Below are positions 34,236 to 44,813 of a stretch of 64,000 bases of DNA, one piece after another. The stretch is from Naegleria gruberi (lineage: Eukaryota). Within the stretch, counting starts at the first letter, position 1, and each line of letters opens with the position of its first letter. The stretch is taken from the NCBI GenBank assembly GCA_000004985.1, contig GG738851.1, one strand, 5' to 3'. The notes under the pieces are model-generated. The model worked only from the letters and a program-made list of their open reading frames with translations, was not told the origin of the DNA and did not search any database. Made by a program: the position numbers and the translations under genes.

Positions 34236-34865
34236 TTTTTTTCGTTAAATGGAAGATTCGAAAAGAGTTTTACTGAGAATATATTTAACAGTGAGAATTT
34301 TGTAAGGTGATATTCCTCCTATGGAAGATTACTATCACTAAAGTACTTAATTCAACTTGTTCACGAATCTTGTTTGAAGTAATTCCAGAGATCAAGATCT
34401 GAGTGATGTATAGTTCATTATGAAAGTGTTGCTACTCTCGTTAGTTTGTTATTTGGTAGTAATTATAATCGACATTGTGTCAGACTGTATTTAGCAATCT
34501 CAATGTTATAAATATTGTCAAAATATTCATATCCACAATATAGCAAGATGGTTGCCATCAGAGTTTGCAAAAGCAAAATGAAGAAATACTCAAAGGTGCT
34601 AAAGCTTGAAAGGAATGGAAATATATCCCATTTTACCTATTTCGTTGAATAAAAAGTCTTCATCCACAGAATACTTTACATACTTCATATCTGCTATCTC
34701 CACTTTAGACAATATTTCAGTAATTTCACTCCTTAAGAACTTATTCACACATTATTTCACTCTTAACACAAGTTTATCCACAAAGAATGAGAACTAAGAA
34801 AGTGGAGAAAACCACGCGAGTGATTCCTCATCCAAAAGAATACAATACCCAACACAAGCTTGTGT

Positions 34866-35905
34866 TCTCAGTGACGTTTCATTTCACTAATGAATTTGCC
34901 CTTCTACATCAATTTCATTGTTAGAAATATTAAGTGATGTTAATTGTTTCATTTCACTTATGAATTTGGCTCCTTCATCACTAATTCTATTGTAAGAAAT
35001 ATTAAGTGATGTTAATTGTTTCATTTCGCTAATATATTTGGCTCCTTCTATACCAATTTCATTTTCAGAAATATTAAGTGATGTTAATTGTTTCATTTCA
35101 CTTATGAATTTAGCTCCTTCATCACCAATTCTATTGTAAGAAATATTAAGTGATGTTAATTGTTTCATTTCACTTATGAATTTGGTTCCTTCATCACCAA
35201 TTTCGATTTCCAGAAATATTTAGTGATGTTAATTGTTTCATTTCACAATGTATTTGGCTCCTTCATCACAAATTCGATTGTTAGAAATATCAAGTGATGT
35301 TAATTGCTTCATTTCACTTATAAATTTGGCTCCTCGATCACCAGTTATATTGTAAGAAATATTAAGTGATGTCAATTGTTTCATTTCGCTTATGAATTTG
35401 GCTCCTCGATCACCAATTTCATTGTAATTGATATTAAGTGATGTTAATTGTTTCATTTCACTTATGAATTTGGCTCCTTCTATGCCAATTTCATTGTTAG
35501 AAATATCAAGTAATGTTAATTGTTTCATTTCACTTATGAATTTGGCTCCTTCTATGCCAATGAGATTGTAATAAATATTAAGTAATGTTAATTGTTTCAT
35601 TTCACTTATGAATTTGGCTCCTTCTATGCCAATGAGAGTGTAATAAATATTAAGTGATGTTAATTGTTTCATTTCACTGATATATTTGGCTCCTTCATCA
35701 CCAATTCTATTGCCACGAATATCAAGTGATGTTAATTGTTTCATTTCACTTATGAATTTGGCTCCTTCATCACCAATTTCATTTTCACGAATATTTAGTG
35801 ATGTCAATTGTTTCATTTCACTGATATATTTGGCTCCTTCATCACCAATTCGATTGCCACGAATATTTAGTGATGTTAATTGTTTCATTTCAGTTACTAA
35901 TTCGA
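34866..35905 (-). repeat. 72-bp tandem repeat array, about 14 copies, 85-100% identical
   Basis: The plus-strand unit gaaatattaagtgatgttaattgtttcatttcacttatgaatttggctccttcatcaccaatt repeats head to tail. Confidence 0.85.
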
Positions 35906-36266
35906 GTTCTTCTATGGCTTCCAGCAAATTTGTTGAAAATTTAACATTAACAATACTATTCATAAATTGGCTTTTCATACATAATTCAACTCGTTTCTCT
36001 GTAATTTTGTTTTTAAATTGAATAACAAGTTTTGAACGTTCCTTGATCACATTAAAGAATTGTTTTGAAATCAAAGTACAATTATTTAAAATAAACCACG
36101 AATCATCAAGCATTGAAATTATTTCAAAACAAATATCATCAGAAAATATTTCTTGTGTGTCGAGTTTCACAAACTTTTTTGCTTTCTCTTCCATAAAATT
36201 ATTATTATTGAATATTTCCTCCGAATTAATGAATTGATGATTTTCCTCTCTGTTTCGTTTGCTCAT
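34887..36266 (-). CDS. F-box plus ribonuclease-inhibitor-type LRR protein built from near-identical 24-aa repeats. The frame is broken by 1-nt deletions, so this is a possible pseudogene or an assembly error.
   Basis: N-terminal F-box-like IFSDDICFEIISMLDDSWFILNNCTLISKQFFNVI. Then come 14 or more repeats of EMKQLTSLNI(S/R)xNxIGDEGAKFIS. The ORFs 35238-36266 and 34887-35168 are separated by a unit at 35201-35230 where one nucleotide is lost and a stop appears. A second 1-nt loss is near 34890. Confidence 0.6.
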
Positions 36267-36460
36267 TTTTTAAATTAGTATTTTGGACTAACATGCTTTC
36301 AATTAATCTGCTTGCCTGTTTAGTTTGAATTTTTGGTTTTACTGTATTCTGCTTAAGCCTACCTTTCCAGTGCACTTTATGATGTTTGGGAATTTTAATA
36401 ATAGAATTTACAAAATTTCCAAATTAGATTGGTCAGACATTCAATTTATTTACATAATTT

Positions 36461-38258
36461 TTACCTTAGATTTACAATATTTTCCTTTCCTTCAGGATGA
36501 AGAATTGTTGGGAGTTTCTTTGTTATCTTTACACCAATAGTTGCTTGTTGAGGAATGTTTTCCAAAATATTTTGTGAGTTGGCTTGTTGAAGAGGTTTTC
36601 GTTTAACAGGAATAACTCTGAAAGAAATATCCCCTTTCTTTCCTTCTTCAGGCTCAACAATTGAAGTTGGAGAAGTTGGAGATGGTTGTTGTCCTGAAAC
36701 TGATTCAGTAGCCATATTTGGTGAGCTAATGGCTCTCTTAATTGTTTCTTCGCTTTGGACAATTTGTAAGAGTTGTGAATTTTGTTGTTGAATGGATTTT
36801 CTCAGAGACTCGTTCTCATCTTTGAGTTTAATCACCAATTGCTCTAGCTCTTCCTTTTCCTTCTTTAATTTTTCTCCTTGATCTGTTGAGAGTTTAGCAA
36901 TTGCCTTATTGTGTTGCTGAACTAAGAGTTCATGTTCCTTTGAAGCACCTGCCAAGTCCACTGACAATCTGATTCTCTTTCCTTCATTCATCATTTGGTT
37001 ATGTTCAAGAGACTTAATTTTAAGGAATAATTCTTGGTTTTGATCAATCAATTTGGCTGTTTTTAGCTCGAGAGAGGATTGTTCTTTCACATAGTGATAT
37101 TCTTTGTTCTTGAGCTTAAATAATTGCTTTTTAAGCTTCTTATATTTCTCCTCTCTTAATTGTTGGTTTTCAAGAAGCTCTGTTATCTTGGTTTCAAATC
37201 TTTGTTTTTCAAAAGATCTTTCCTGTGAAATAACTCTCAATACAGCAAGTTCTTGGTTAAGACTCTTGATTTCCTCACACAGCATGTCCTTTTGCTTTGA
37301 TAGAATGTCCACTTTTGCCTTGAGCTCCTTACTCTCCTCTCTTGTTCCTTCTGGATCCAGAGTAAGTTCAATTTGGTACATTTCCAATTTTCTTTTAAGT
37401 TCATCCATTTCCTTCTTATTGATATAAGATTGAGTGTCGACAGATTGATGAACTGCTACTGCCTTCTCCAACAATGATGAAAAATGTTCCTTAACAGCTT
37501 TCATTTCTTTGATGGCATCCATAATTTCAGTGTTTACCACTGGTGTGCTTGGAGTGGTAACAGTTGGCAATTCCTTTGTAAGCCTAGAAAGTTCATTAAT
37601 CTTGGAAAGAGCTTCGGTATACTTTAAGTGCATTTCTCTCATGGTGTTTTTTAAAGAAATCTCTCTTTCGATGTGGCTTTCTATTTGCTTTTCCTTCTTA
37701 CAAACCATCACTTCAAGCTTTTTAAGTTCTTCTCTGTATTCTTCTACTGCAAAATCATTGGTTTGCTTTTTTTCTGTTATTTGGTTTTCCTTCAATGAAA
37801 TCATCACCATGGCTTGTTTCAACTCACTTTGATATTGAAGAGAAATCTTTTCCACATTTTGTAATAGCTCAGTCTTTGTTGAGGAAAGCTCTCTTCTCAA
37901 GTTCTCGAGGTCACTGGATTTTTCTTGCAAGCAATCCATAGCATGTTTCTTTTTCAATTTCATGTTCTTGACCTTTTTTACTAATCCATCGTTCTCCTGA
38001 CAACTAGCATTCAATTCTGAAAGTAAGTGCTCCTTATGAAATAAGTAAAATTATAAATAATTTGAAACTACTTACATTATCCTTTGATAATTTCTCAATG
38101 ATTTGATCCTTTGTTTGAATAGTCCCAATAAATTCCTTAATTTTTTTTGCGTGCTCTCCCAAATGTTTTGCTGAAATGGAGAGACCTTCTCGTTTAAGCA
38201 TCTCTATTTGTCCTTTATGAGATTTGATTGATTGTCCTTGTAATGCACAAAAGACCAT
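36461..38258 (-). CDS. Long coiled-coil protein. CDS complement(join(36461..38032,38076..38258)). It is probably the 3' part of one gene with 38342-39049.
   Basis: The ATG at 38258 starts MVFCALQGQSIK...DQIIEKLSKDN. A 43-nt GTAAGT intron follows, then EHLLSELNASCQENDG and about 500 aa of heptad-rich sequence. Confidence 0.55.
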
Positions 38259-39049
38259 AAATAAAAATAATAGTTTTTGGCTATTATAATTTTCCTTTTG
38301 AATCTGTAAAGGTAAATAAAAATTCTCATTCTAATACTCACCTCTTTTTTGATTGTCTCTTCAAGAAAATTCTCATTGTTATGTATAATTTCGTCTAAGA
38401 ATGGCATTACCTTAGCAGACACAAAGTTCGAAAATCTTCTTTTCGACTCAAAGTTTCCAGTTCCATAACTATCTTGGAACAATTTGATAATCTCTTCTGA
38501 ACTTAATTTTGAAATATCGTAACAGGAGCCCACGAAAAAGTCTTCAATGCTTCCCAAAGAGTCTCCCTCAAGGAATTGGCTCAAATTTTCACAAGTGGTA
38601 AGAAAACTCTCAATCATCTCGGCACTGTTGTTGCTCTTCAATGAACCATTCTTTGAAACACATGTTTGTTGCACGATTGGGGATTGTGTTGGACCGGCAA
38701 TATGTGTTTCCTCTTCTTGATGTTGTTCTTCATCTAATTGTTGTTCGTCAAAGTTTGCAGGATTTGAAATAAAGGAAAATAAGGATTCATCTATTGTAGA
38801 CATATCGATTTTAGATTTTTGTACATTAGGATCTAGGTTGCTATCATCCTCAAGGAATGAAGCCAAATTATTATTTGTTGGTTCCGGAACTCCATCATCA
38901 CTTGAAAATGGACTTATATCAGTGGAATGTGCTCCTTGTTTAAAATAACTGTTTAACCCTTTTGATGCACTTCCCTTACTGGCTGATGATTGTGGCGTTA
39001 CCTTCTCTTCTTTAGGGGATAGATGAAATGAGTGGAAGATGTCATTCAT
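38204..39049 (-). CDS. Hypothetical acidic S-rich protein, likely the N-terminal exon(s) of the downstream coiled-coil gene
   Basis: The ATG at 39049 starts MNDIFHSFHLSPKEEK. A GTGAGT donor at 38341 follows ...EETIKKE. Acceptors at 38304 or 38295 join in frame to the ORF that contains the ATG at 38258. The unspliced tail of this ORF translates as AT-rich junk. Confidence 0.5.
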   Translation of the reverse strand: MNDIFHSFHLSPKEEKVTPQSSASKGSASKGLNSYFKQGAHSTDISPFSSDDGVPEPTNNNLASFLEDDSNLDPNVQKSKIDMSTIDESLFSFISNPANFDEQQLDEEQHQEEETHIAGPTQSPIVQQTCVSKNGSLKSNNSAEMIESFLTTCENLSQFLEGDSLGSIEDFFVGSCYDISKLSSEEIIKLFQDSYGTGNFESKRRFSNFVSAKVMPFLDEIIHNNENFLEETIKKEVSIRMRIFIYLYRFKRKIIIAKNYYFYLWSFVHYKDNQSNLIKDK

Positions 39050-39181
39050 TTTTTTTCTAAGATTTTAAAACACATAACGGAATGATGGCGCGAGATGTTT
39101 TCCCTCCAAAATCCCTTGTTGCTGTTGTTGGCTGATGAGGTTGAATGAAATGAAAAAATTTTAAGAATTGATACAAAGTAT

Positions 39182-40565
39182 TTATTTCAAATTGAACATG
39201 GAAAGGTATTGAGCATCACTCTCATAAGTGACTTGTGGTAGGGGAAGTTTAGAACTTGCTGGGCTCCATGTACCTCTCAGAGATGGAAGTCTTTGGGCTG
39301 CATTTTGAGATCCAATTGTATTGTCAAAACGAATATATACCATACCATTTGTGTCTTGATTATCTAGAAAAATGTGTAGAATATTTCCAAAACTCTTACA
39401 TGCTTTTCTTATACTATCTTCCACAACTTTTAATTGATCACTTTGAAAATTGTTAAAGAGCTTAAAAATTGAAAACTTACACTGATGGGTCAAACATGTG
39501 ACTCACTGAAATATTTTGAGATAATGATCCTCTTACGTCAGTAGAAATGAGAGTGTTAAATCTCTCTGCATAAATATTTGAAGATGGTTTTTGAGAATAA
39601 TTATTGTTGTTATAATTTGGTTTTTCTTCCTCATAATCGTCTTGATTGTCAGTTCTTTTTTCAGCCTCATTTTCACTATAAAAACCAACCTTTAAATTTG
39701 GATATTTTGAAGAAAAAGACAGTCCATTCAATTTGGAAACTGCTTTTCTTGCACCTTCAAATCTTTGAAACGTAATAATTGCTACACCATTAAAGTTTCC
39801 AGCATCATCATTTTTCATATCAATCTTTCCAATATATCCAAATGCACCAAATAATTGAACTAAATCTGATCTATTAAAAATTGTTGGTACATTACCGGCG
39901 TAAACTTTTGTTTGACCTTGATAATAGTTATCATTAGAATATTTGTCATTGTGTTCATTGTAATCTCTCTTATTCCTCTTTTTTTCCTCAGCTTGTTTTA
40001 CAGTGATAGGAAAACCCCTCACATAGCTTCCATTTAATGCTAAAGCAGGTGTAACAGAAGTAATATCATTAAAAATCACATACGCACATCCTTTTGGTTG
40101 ATTTTTCATGCTAACTTCCAAGTAATTTGTCAAATTATTATTTGCCAACAAATCCTTGATGTCTTGTTCTATTGCATTACTTGGTAATGTTGAAATATAT
40201 ACAGTTTTATCCCTATATTCGTCCTCATAGTTGTTATAATTGTCATAACCGTAATTTCTATTGTAGTGATAAGAATTATCATACTGTGATGAATAAGATC
40301 TATTATAATCCGAATGTTCACTTCTATGTGATGAAGATGATTCTACATTTCCATCCCTATTATCATAATATTTTCTTCTTTTATACTCATCATCATTGTA
40401 TGAATCACGAGAATTTTCATAATTCCTAGAAGAGCCAGAATTATATTGATTAGGATAGGAACGATTACTGCTATTATAATCCCTCTTTCTTTTGTCTCCA
40501 CCATCATTCTCCCATCCATCGTATTTTCTGTAGGCTCTATCATCGTGTTGTGAGTATCGGGACAT
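39182..40565 (-). CDS. RBM39/CAPER-alpha-like splicing factor: RS/RD-like N-terminus, two RRMs and a C-terminal UHM. CDS complement(join(39182..39440,39481..40565)).
   Basis: RRM1 is TVYISTLPSNAIEQDIKDLL...CAYVIFND. RRM2 is KVYAGNVPTIFNRSDLVQLFGAFGYIGKIDMKNDDAGNFNGVAIITFQ. The UHM is LSQNISVSHMFDPSV|DQLKVVEDSIRKACKSFGNILHIFLDNQDTNGMVYIRF. One 40-nt GTAAGT intron. Confidence 0.75.
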
Positions 40566-40905
40566 TTTTTTGAATAATTATTAATAGAAATTAATTTTGA
40601 TTAAATAATAATTTATTGTTACAATTATTATTATTTCAATTTGTTTCTTATTATTTACAGAATGTTTCGTTATTATTATTTGGCTTGCACACGTCTTGAT
40701 ATTATTATTTAAATATGATGAACAAATATTAATCCTCATCGCTCTGCAAGTTAGGCTTTTTTCAATATTGTTATTATTATTTCAAAAACTTACAAATCCA
40801 AGATCAACCAACGAGTTAGTAATAGAAGGAGAACTGAATGGTTGTTGGGAATAAATCTCTCCATATCTTTCTCTCTAAATTAAATTATTATTCAAATTAA
40901 TTCAT

Positions 40906-41295
40906 TTAGAAACATACTGTTGATTCATCAACTTCCTTTGCTTGAATATCTTTATATTTAGAAGTTTGTTGTTTTGGAGAAATGTGTATAAATCCTGTTG
41001 GCAATGAATCCTCAAATTCAAAATTTGATTCAATTGTCTTTTTCTTACTCGGTAATTTGGGTGGAAGCTTGTTAATTAGACTTGTTGTGTCCTCTTTCGG
41101 AGGCTTCAATTGTTTACTATTATTATTGCTATGCTTTCTACTAGAGGTATTTTTAAAACTCTTTCCACTACTACTGCTACTACTGATCGACGATTGACTA
41201 TCATCATTCAAATCCATCGATGGCTCCTTTCCGAAAAGAAAATATTCCAATGCAATCTTATTCATTGCTTCCTTGAGCGATTTGTCTCTTTCCAT
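40906..41295 (-). CDS. Hypothetical S-rich protein. It may continue through downstream introns.
   Basis: The ATG at 41295 starts MERDKSLKEAMNKIALEYFLFGKEP. The gene is divergent from the gene at 41364, about 70 bp away. Confidence 0.35.
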   Translation of the reverse strand: MERDKSLKEAMNKIALEYFLFGKEPSMDLNDDSQSSISSSSSSGKSFKNTSSRKHSNNNSKQLKPPKEDTTSLINKLPPKLPSKKKTIESNFEFEDSLPTGFIHISPKQQTSKYKDIQAKEVDESTVCF

Positions 41296-41363
41296 TTTTT
41301 CCTGTGATGAGTCGAACTCTACAATTTTCCAAGCCTTTAAAGTTTTTATCAACACAAGAAAAA

Positions 41364-42887
41364 ATGTCCAACAAACCAATTGACTCTCATCAAGCGAATG
41401 AGGAGAAGAAACGAAAACGATCGGACGTTGCCACTACAAAAAACAAGAAGGATGATCAAAAGAAATTCATCAATAGTATTTCGAGAATATTTTTGCATAC
41501 AGAAACTGAATTGTTTGCCAAGAAGGTAAAGGAAGATGAAAATAAGGATAAATTGTTGGAAGCCATCAAGGAGTTTTTAACAAAAATTAAAAGTCCAGAC
41601 ATGGTTAGGGAAACAATTACAGAAATTGGAAAGATTTTTACTAAAGAAAAATGGGAAAATCATTTTTATATGAATGTTATTAGAAAACTAAGGGAAGATC
41701 CTTCCGATGCCTCAAAAAGAGTTTTAAAATTGATTATTTCTGAACAATCAAATAGATTTGAATCTCTTAAAGGACTTTTTCAGTTTGTCAATAATATTAT
41801 GATTCTGAAAGAACAAGAAAATTTTCAAGTTTCGGCATCAATTTTTTTGGAAATGTTGAAAGTTAACTATTCACATGTTAACTGGTTACTTATTGGTATT
41901 AATGCATTGATAAATTGCTATAATTATGAAATGAATGTGGATGCATTGAAAACTCTGGAAAACATTTTGAATGATTATATAGATATTTGGACTTTTTACA
42001 TTTCTACACCATCAGAAAAACGAAGATTTCAACAATACAAATCAATGATGCCAAAAAAAAGCCTTGATGAAATCAGAACAACCATCATGAATGTTGTTTA
42101 TCCAGGCCAAGAGAAAAAAGAAGTCATACTCATAGAAGAATCAAAATTCAAGATTAGGAAGAAGAAATTGAGAAAGACCACCATAAAAATAAGAAATTCA
42201 TTAGCATTTGAGGTTCATAAAGTGAAAGTTGGATTACATTTAACAAAGCATTTAATGAGAAACTTTGTCACAAATAGATCTAGTAAGGAAAGAAATCACA
42301 TTTTAGCAAAAGTGAACTCTTGCAAGTATGAATTTTATGTAAAATTTGAATCAGTTAAAATGGTGGATATTATGAAAAAGGCTGGATTGAGAGAGGTAAT
42401 TTGTGATCAAATAGTTCAAAATGGATCTAAAAAACAGGAGCCAATAAGAGTCAAAGTTGATTATAAGAATAATCCTGAGCTAGTGGAAGAGAATGGAAAT
42501 TTTTGGATCATGAAAACAATAGATTTGCCCTTCAGATTTACATCTTGCAATTGCACTGTTGAAATTCCTGAGATTGGATACACTCAGGAAGTGGTTGAAT
42601 TATTTGATTTGACCACCAAGATGGAATATCAAATAGATGAATTGCCAAATTTCAGATTCTATGAAAGGACAGGAATGAAGAAAAGAATCAAACCTCTGAA
42701 AGAGAATGTTTTCGATACTGACTTTGGATATTTGGATGGAAATTACTACGCTTATCAAGTCACTCCCTCACTTCCATCCTCATCAACAAATAATAAGCTA
42801 CCTATTCGAGTAATTTTAGAAGGTAGACCAATGAGTAAACTAATAGTAGAAACAAAAATCAAACCAATGAAAAACATTGAGAAATAA
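41364..42887 (+). CDS. Hypothetical protein, 507 aa
   Basis: The ATG at 41364 starts MSNKPIDSHQANEEKKRKR. Long clean ORF. No domain recognised. Confidence 0.5.
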   Translation: MSNKPIDSHQANEEKKRKRSDVATTKNKKDDQKKFINSISRIFLHTETELFAKKVKEDENKDKLLEAIKEFLTKIKSPDMVRETITEIGKIFTKEKWENHFYMNVIRKLREDPSDASKRVLKLIISEQSNRFESLKGLFQFVNNIMILKEQENFQVSASIFLEMLKVNYSHVNWLLIGINALINCYNYEMNVDALKTLENILNDYIDIWTFYISTPSEKRRFQQYKSMMPKKSLDEIRTTIMNVVYPGQEKKEVILIEESKFKIRKKKLRKTTIKIRNSLAFEVHKVKVGLHLTKHLMRNFVTNRSSKERNHILAKVNSCKYEFYVKFESVKMVDIMKKAGLREVICDQIVQNGSKKQEPIRVKVDYKNNPELVEENGNFWIMKTIDLPFRFTSCNCTVEIPEIGYTQEVVELFDLTTKMEYQIDELPNFRFYERTGMKKRIKPLKENVFDTDFGYLDGNYYAYQVTPSLPSSSTNNKLPIRVILEGRPMSKLIVETKIKPMKNIEK

Positions 42888-42912
42888 TGTGAAATAAATT
42901 AATTTATGAAAT

Positions 42913-43920
42913 TTAACCAACAACCTTGTTCAAGACATATCCAATACCTAAAACAGCAGCAGCAGTCAAAGCATATTCAGCAACAGTCCAACCAACACCT
43001 GGTTCCGAAGAAGCAGAAGTAGTAGCTGCTGGACGTGGTTTACCAAACATGTTATGAAGATCCATTCCCATCTTTTGAGCAAGAGCTTCTTCATCTTCTT
43101 CATTAATATCCTCAAAATCGTCATCATTATCTTCTTCCTTATCATTACCAATACCTCCAGAAACAACACCACCAGCATTCAATTGTTTGAGAATATTCAT
43201 CAAATCAGCAGCTGATTGTTCATTATCATCCTCATCTTCTTCGTCATCACCTTGGAGATTAATTGGATTTCCTTGAGCATTGGCCAAAGAACCTGCTGTT
43301 TGGAAATCTTCAATTTCCTCTTCTTCATCCTTCTTATCATCTGTGGTTTCTGTTTCTTCTTGTGTAGATCCAACACTTCCAAGAGTATTAGCAAGAACAG
43401 ATTCTAACAAAGCATCAACATCCTTTGGTTGTGTATTTTCATCTGTTGTGGTTTCGTCAGTAGTAGTAATAGTTTCTTCGACTGGTGTAGTAGTGGTTTC
43501 TTGTTGTTGAGCATCGGATGATGTTGGTTGCTCTTCATTAAGTTGATTTTCGGTATTAGTTGTTTCTATCGATGATGATGCTGGTTCTTCAACTTTTTCT
43601 TGAACAACAGAAGATGATGTATTTTCCTCAGTAACTACTGGAGTTTCAACTTGAGTGGTTGTTTCTTCGGTGGTGGTAGTAGTTTGTTCTTCAACAACAA
43701 CAACAACAGGTTCTTCAACTTGAGTTTCTTCAACAACTGATGTAGTGGTAGTTGTTTCTTCAACAATGGTAGCTTCTTGAGTTGTGGTTGGTTCTTCAGT
43801 AGTAGTAGTTTCTTCGACTGGTGTAGTTGTGGTTTCCTCCTCTTGCACTGGTGTTTGTTCTTGTTGTTCAACAACTTGTGTTGTTTCCTCTTGTGTTGTG
43901 GTTGGTTCTTCGGCAGTCAT
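42913..43920 (-). CDS. Highly acidic T/E/Q-rich tail-anchored protein
   Basis: Repeated TTTT..EE.. blocks, then DDDFEDINEEDEEALAQKMGMDLHNMFGKP, and a C-terminal TM WTVAEYALTAAAVLGIGYVLNKVVG. Confidence 0.5.
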   Translation of the reverse strand: MTAEEPTTTQEETTQVVEQQEQTPVQEEETTTTPVEETTTTEEPTTTQEATIVEETTTTTSVVEETQVEEPVVVVVEEQTTTTTEETTTQVETPVVTEENTSSSVVQEKVEEPASSSIETTNTENQLNEEQPTSSDAQQQETTTTPVEETITTTDETTTDENTQPKDVDALLESVLANTLGSVGSTQEETETTDDKKDEEEEIEDFQTAGSLANAQGNPINLQGDDEEDEDDNEQSAADLMNILKQLNAGGVVSGGIGNDKEEDNDDDFEDINEEDEEALAQKMGMDLHNMFGKPRPAATTSASSEPGVGWTVAEYALTAAAVLGIGYVLNKVVG

Positions 43921-44147
43921 TTTTTGTGATTCAAAAAAGCCTTTTTATTGTGCAAATTGATTGAGCCAAAATGATTGTAAGAAGATGGCAGCATCTTGGC
44001 TTGGAATAAAAAGTGTCGATTTTAGTCTGAATCCATTCAATATCGTTATCATTGGAAAATTGGAGAAGAAAATTGATATTTATTTTCTCTTATTGTGATG
44101 AGCATGATCTTTGATGCTAATTAAAATTTTAATCACAGAATAAAAAA

Positions 44148-44438
44148 ATGCAAAGACAACAAACACAAGGAGCACCACAAACAAATCCTTCATCCTCTTC
44201 GGAACAAACTTATACAAAGTGTTTGGAAGATGTGGAAATTGGATATTCTACTCTATTGAAAAATATATCAAATGTAATAAGAGATCAGAATGTTAGTGAG
44301 TCTAGCTTGGAGGAATTAAAAAAGAATTTTGAAAATTTTGAGAACAATTGTGACAATATGTACCTCTACTTAACAAATGTCAAACAGGATGTCATTACTT
44401 CCATGATTAAAAAACAATCATCAGGATCAAATAATTAA
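44148..44438 (+). CDS. Small coiled-coil protein, 96 aa. Hypothetical.
   Basis: ORF with an A-run before the ATG. No confident family. Confidence 0.4.
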   Translation: MQRQQTQGAPQTNPSSSSEQTYTKCLEDVEIGYSTLLKNISNVIRDQNVSESSLEELKKNFENFENNCDNMYLYLTNVKQDVITSMIKKQSSGSNN

Positions 44439-44813
44439 TTATTACATCTATTTCATTATTGATCATTTAATTGTTTTCGGAAGGATTCAATAGGATTCTA
44501 CTTGTAAATAATAATATTAAATTATTGAATGCTGTTGATATCATCCAACTAGAAAATTTCAATGTAAAATTGTTGTCCATTGATTGCCAAGAACAAGAAT
44601 AAATGGACTCTTTTTTGAAAGACCTGATGATTTGATAAATGGTTTGAATGAAAACCTTTTGTTCCTTCCTCAATAACTTGAAGAAATGTAAAGAGCATCA
44701 ACAAACATTGAGTTCCTTACTTTCCCGCTATTTTTGGTTGTTGGTTGTCTGAAAACAAATTATCTACAGTTACATGTTGATGCAAAATTTTATTATTAAA
44801 AAGGATCTAAAAA

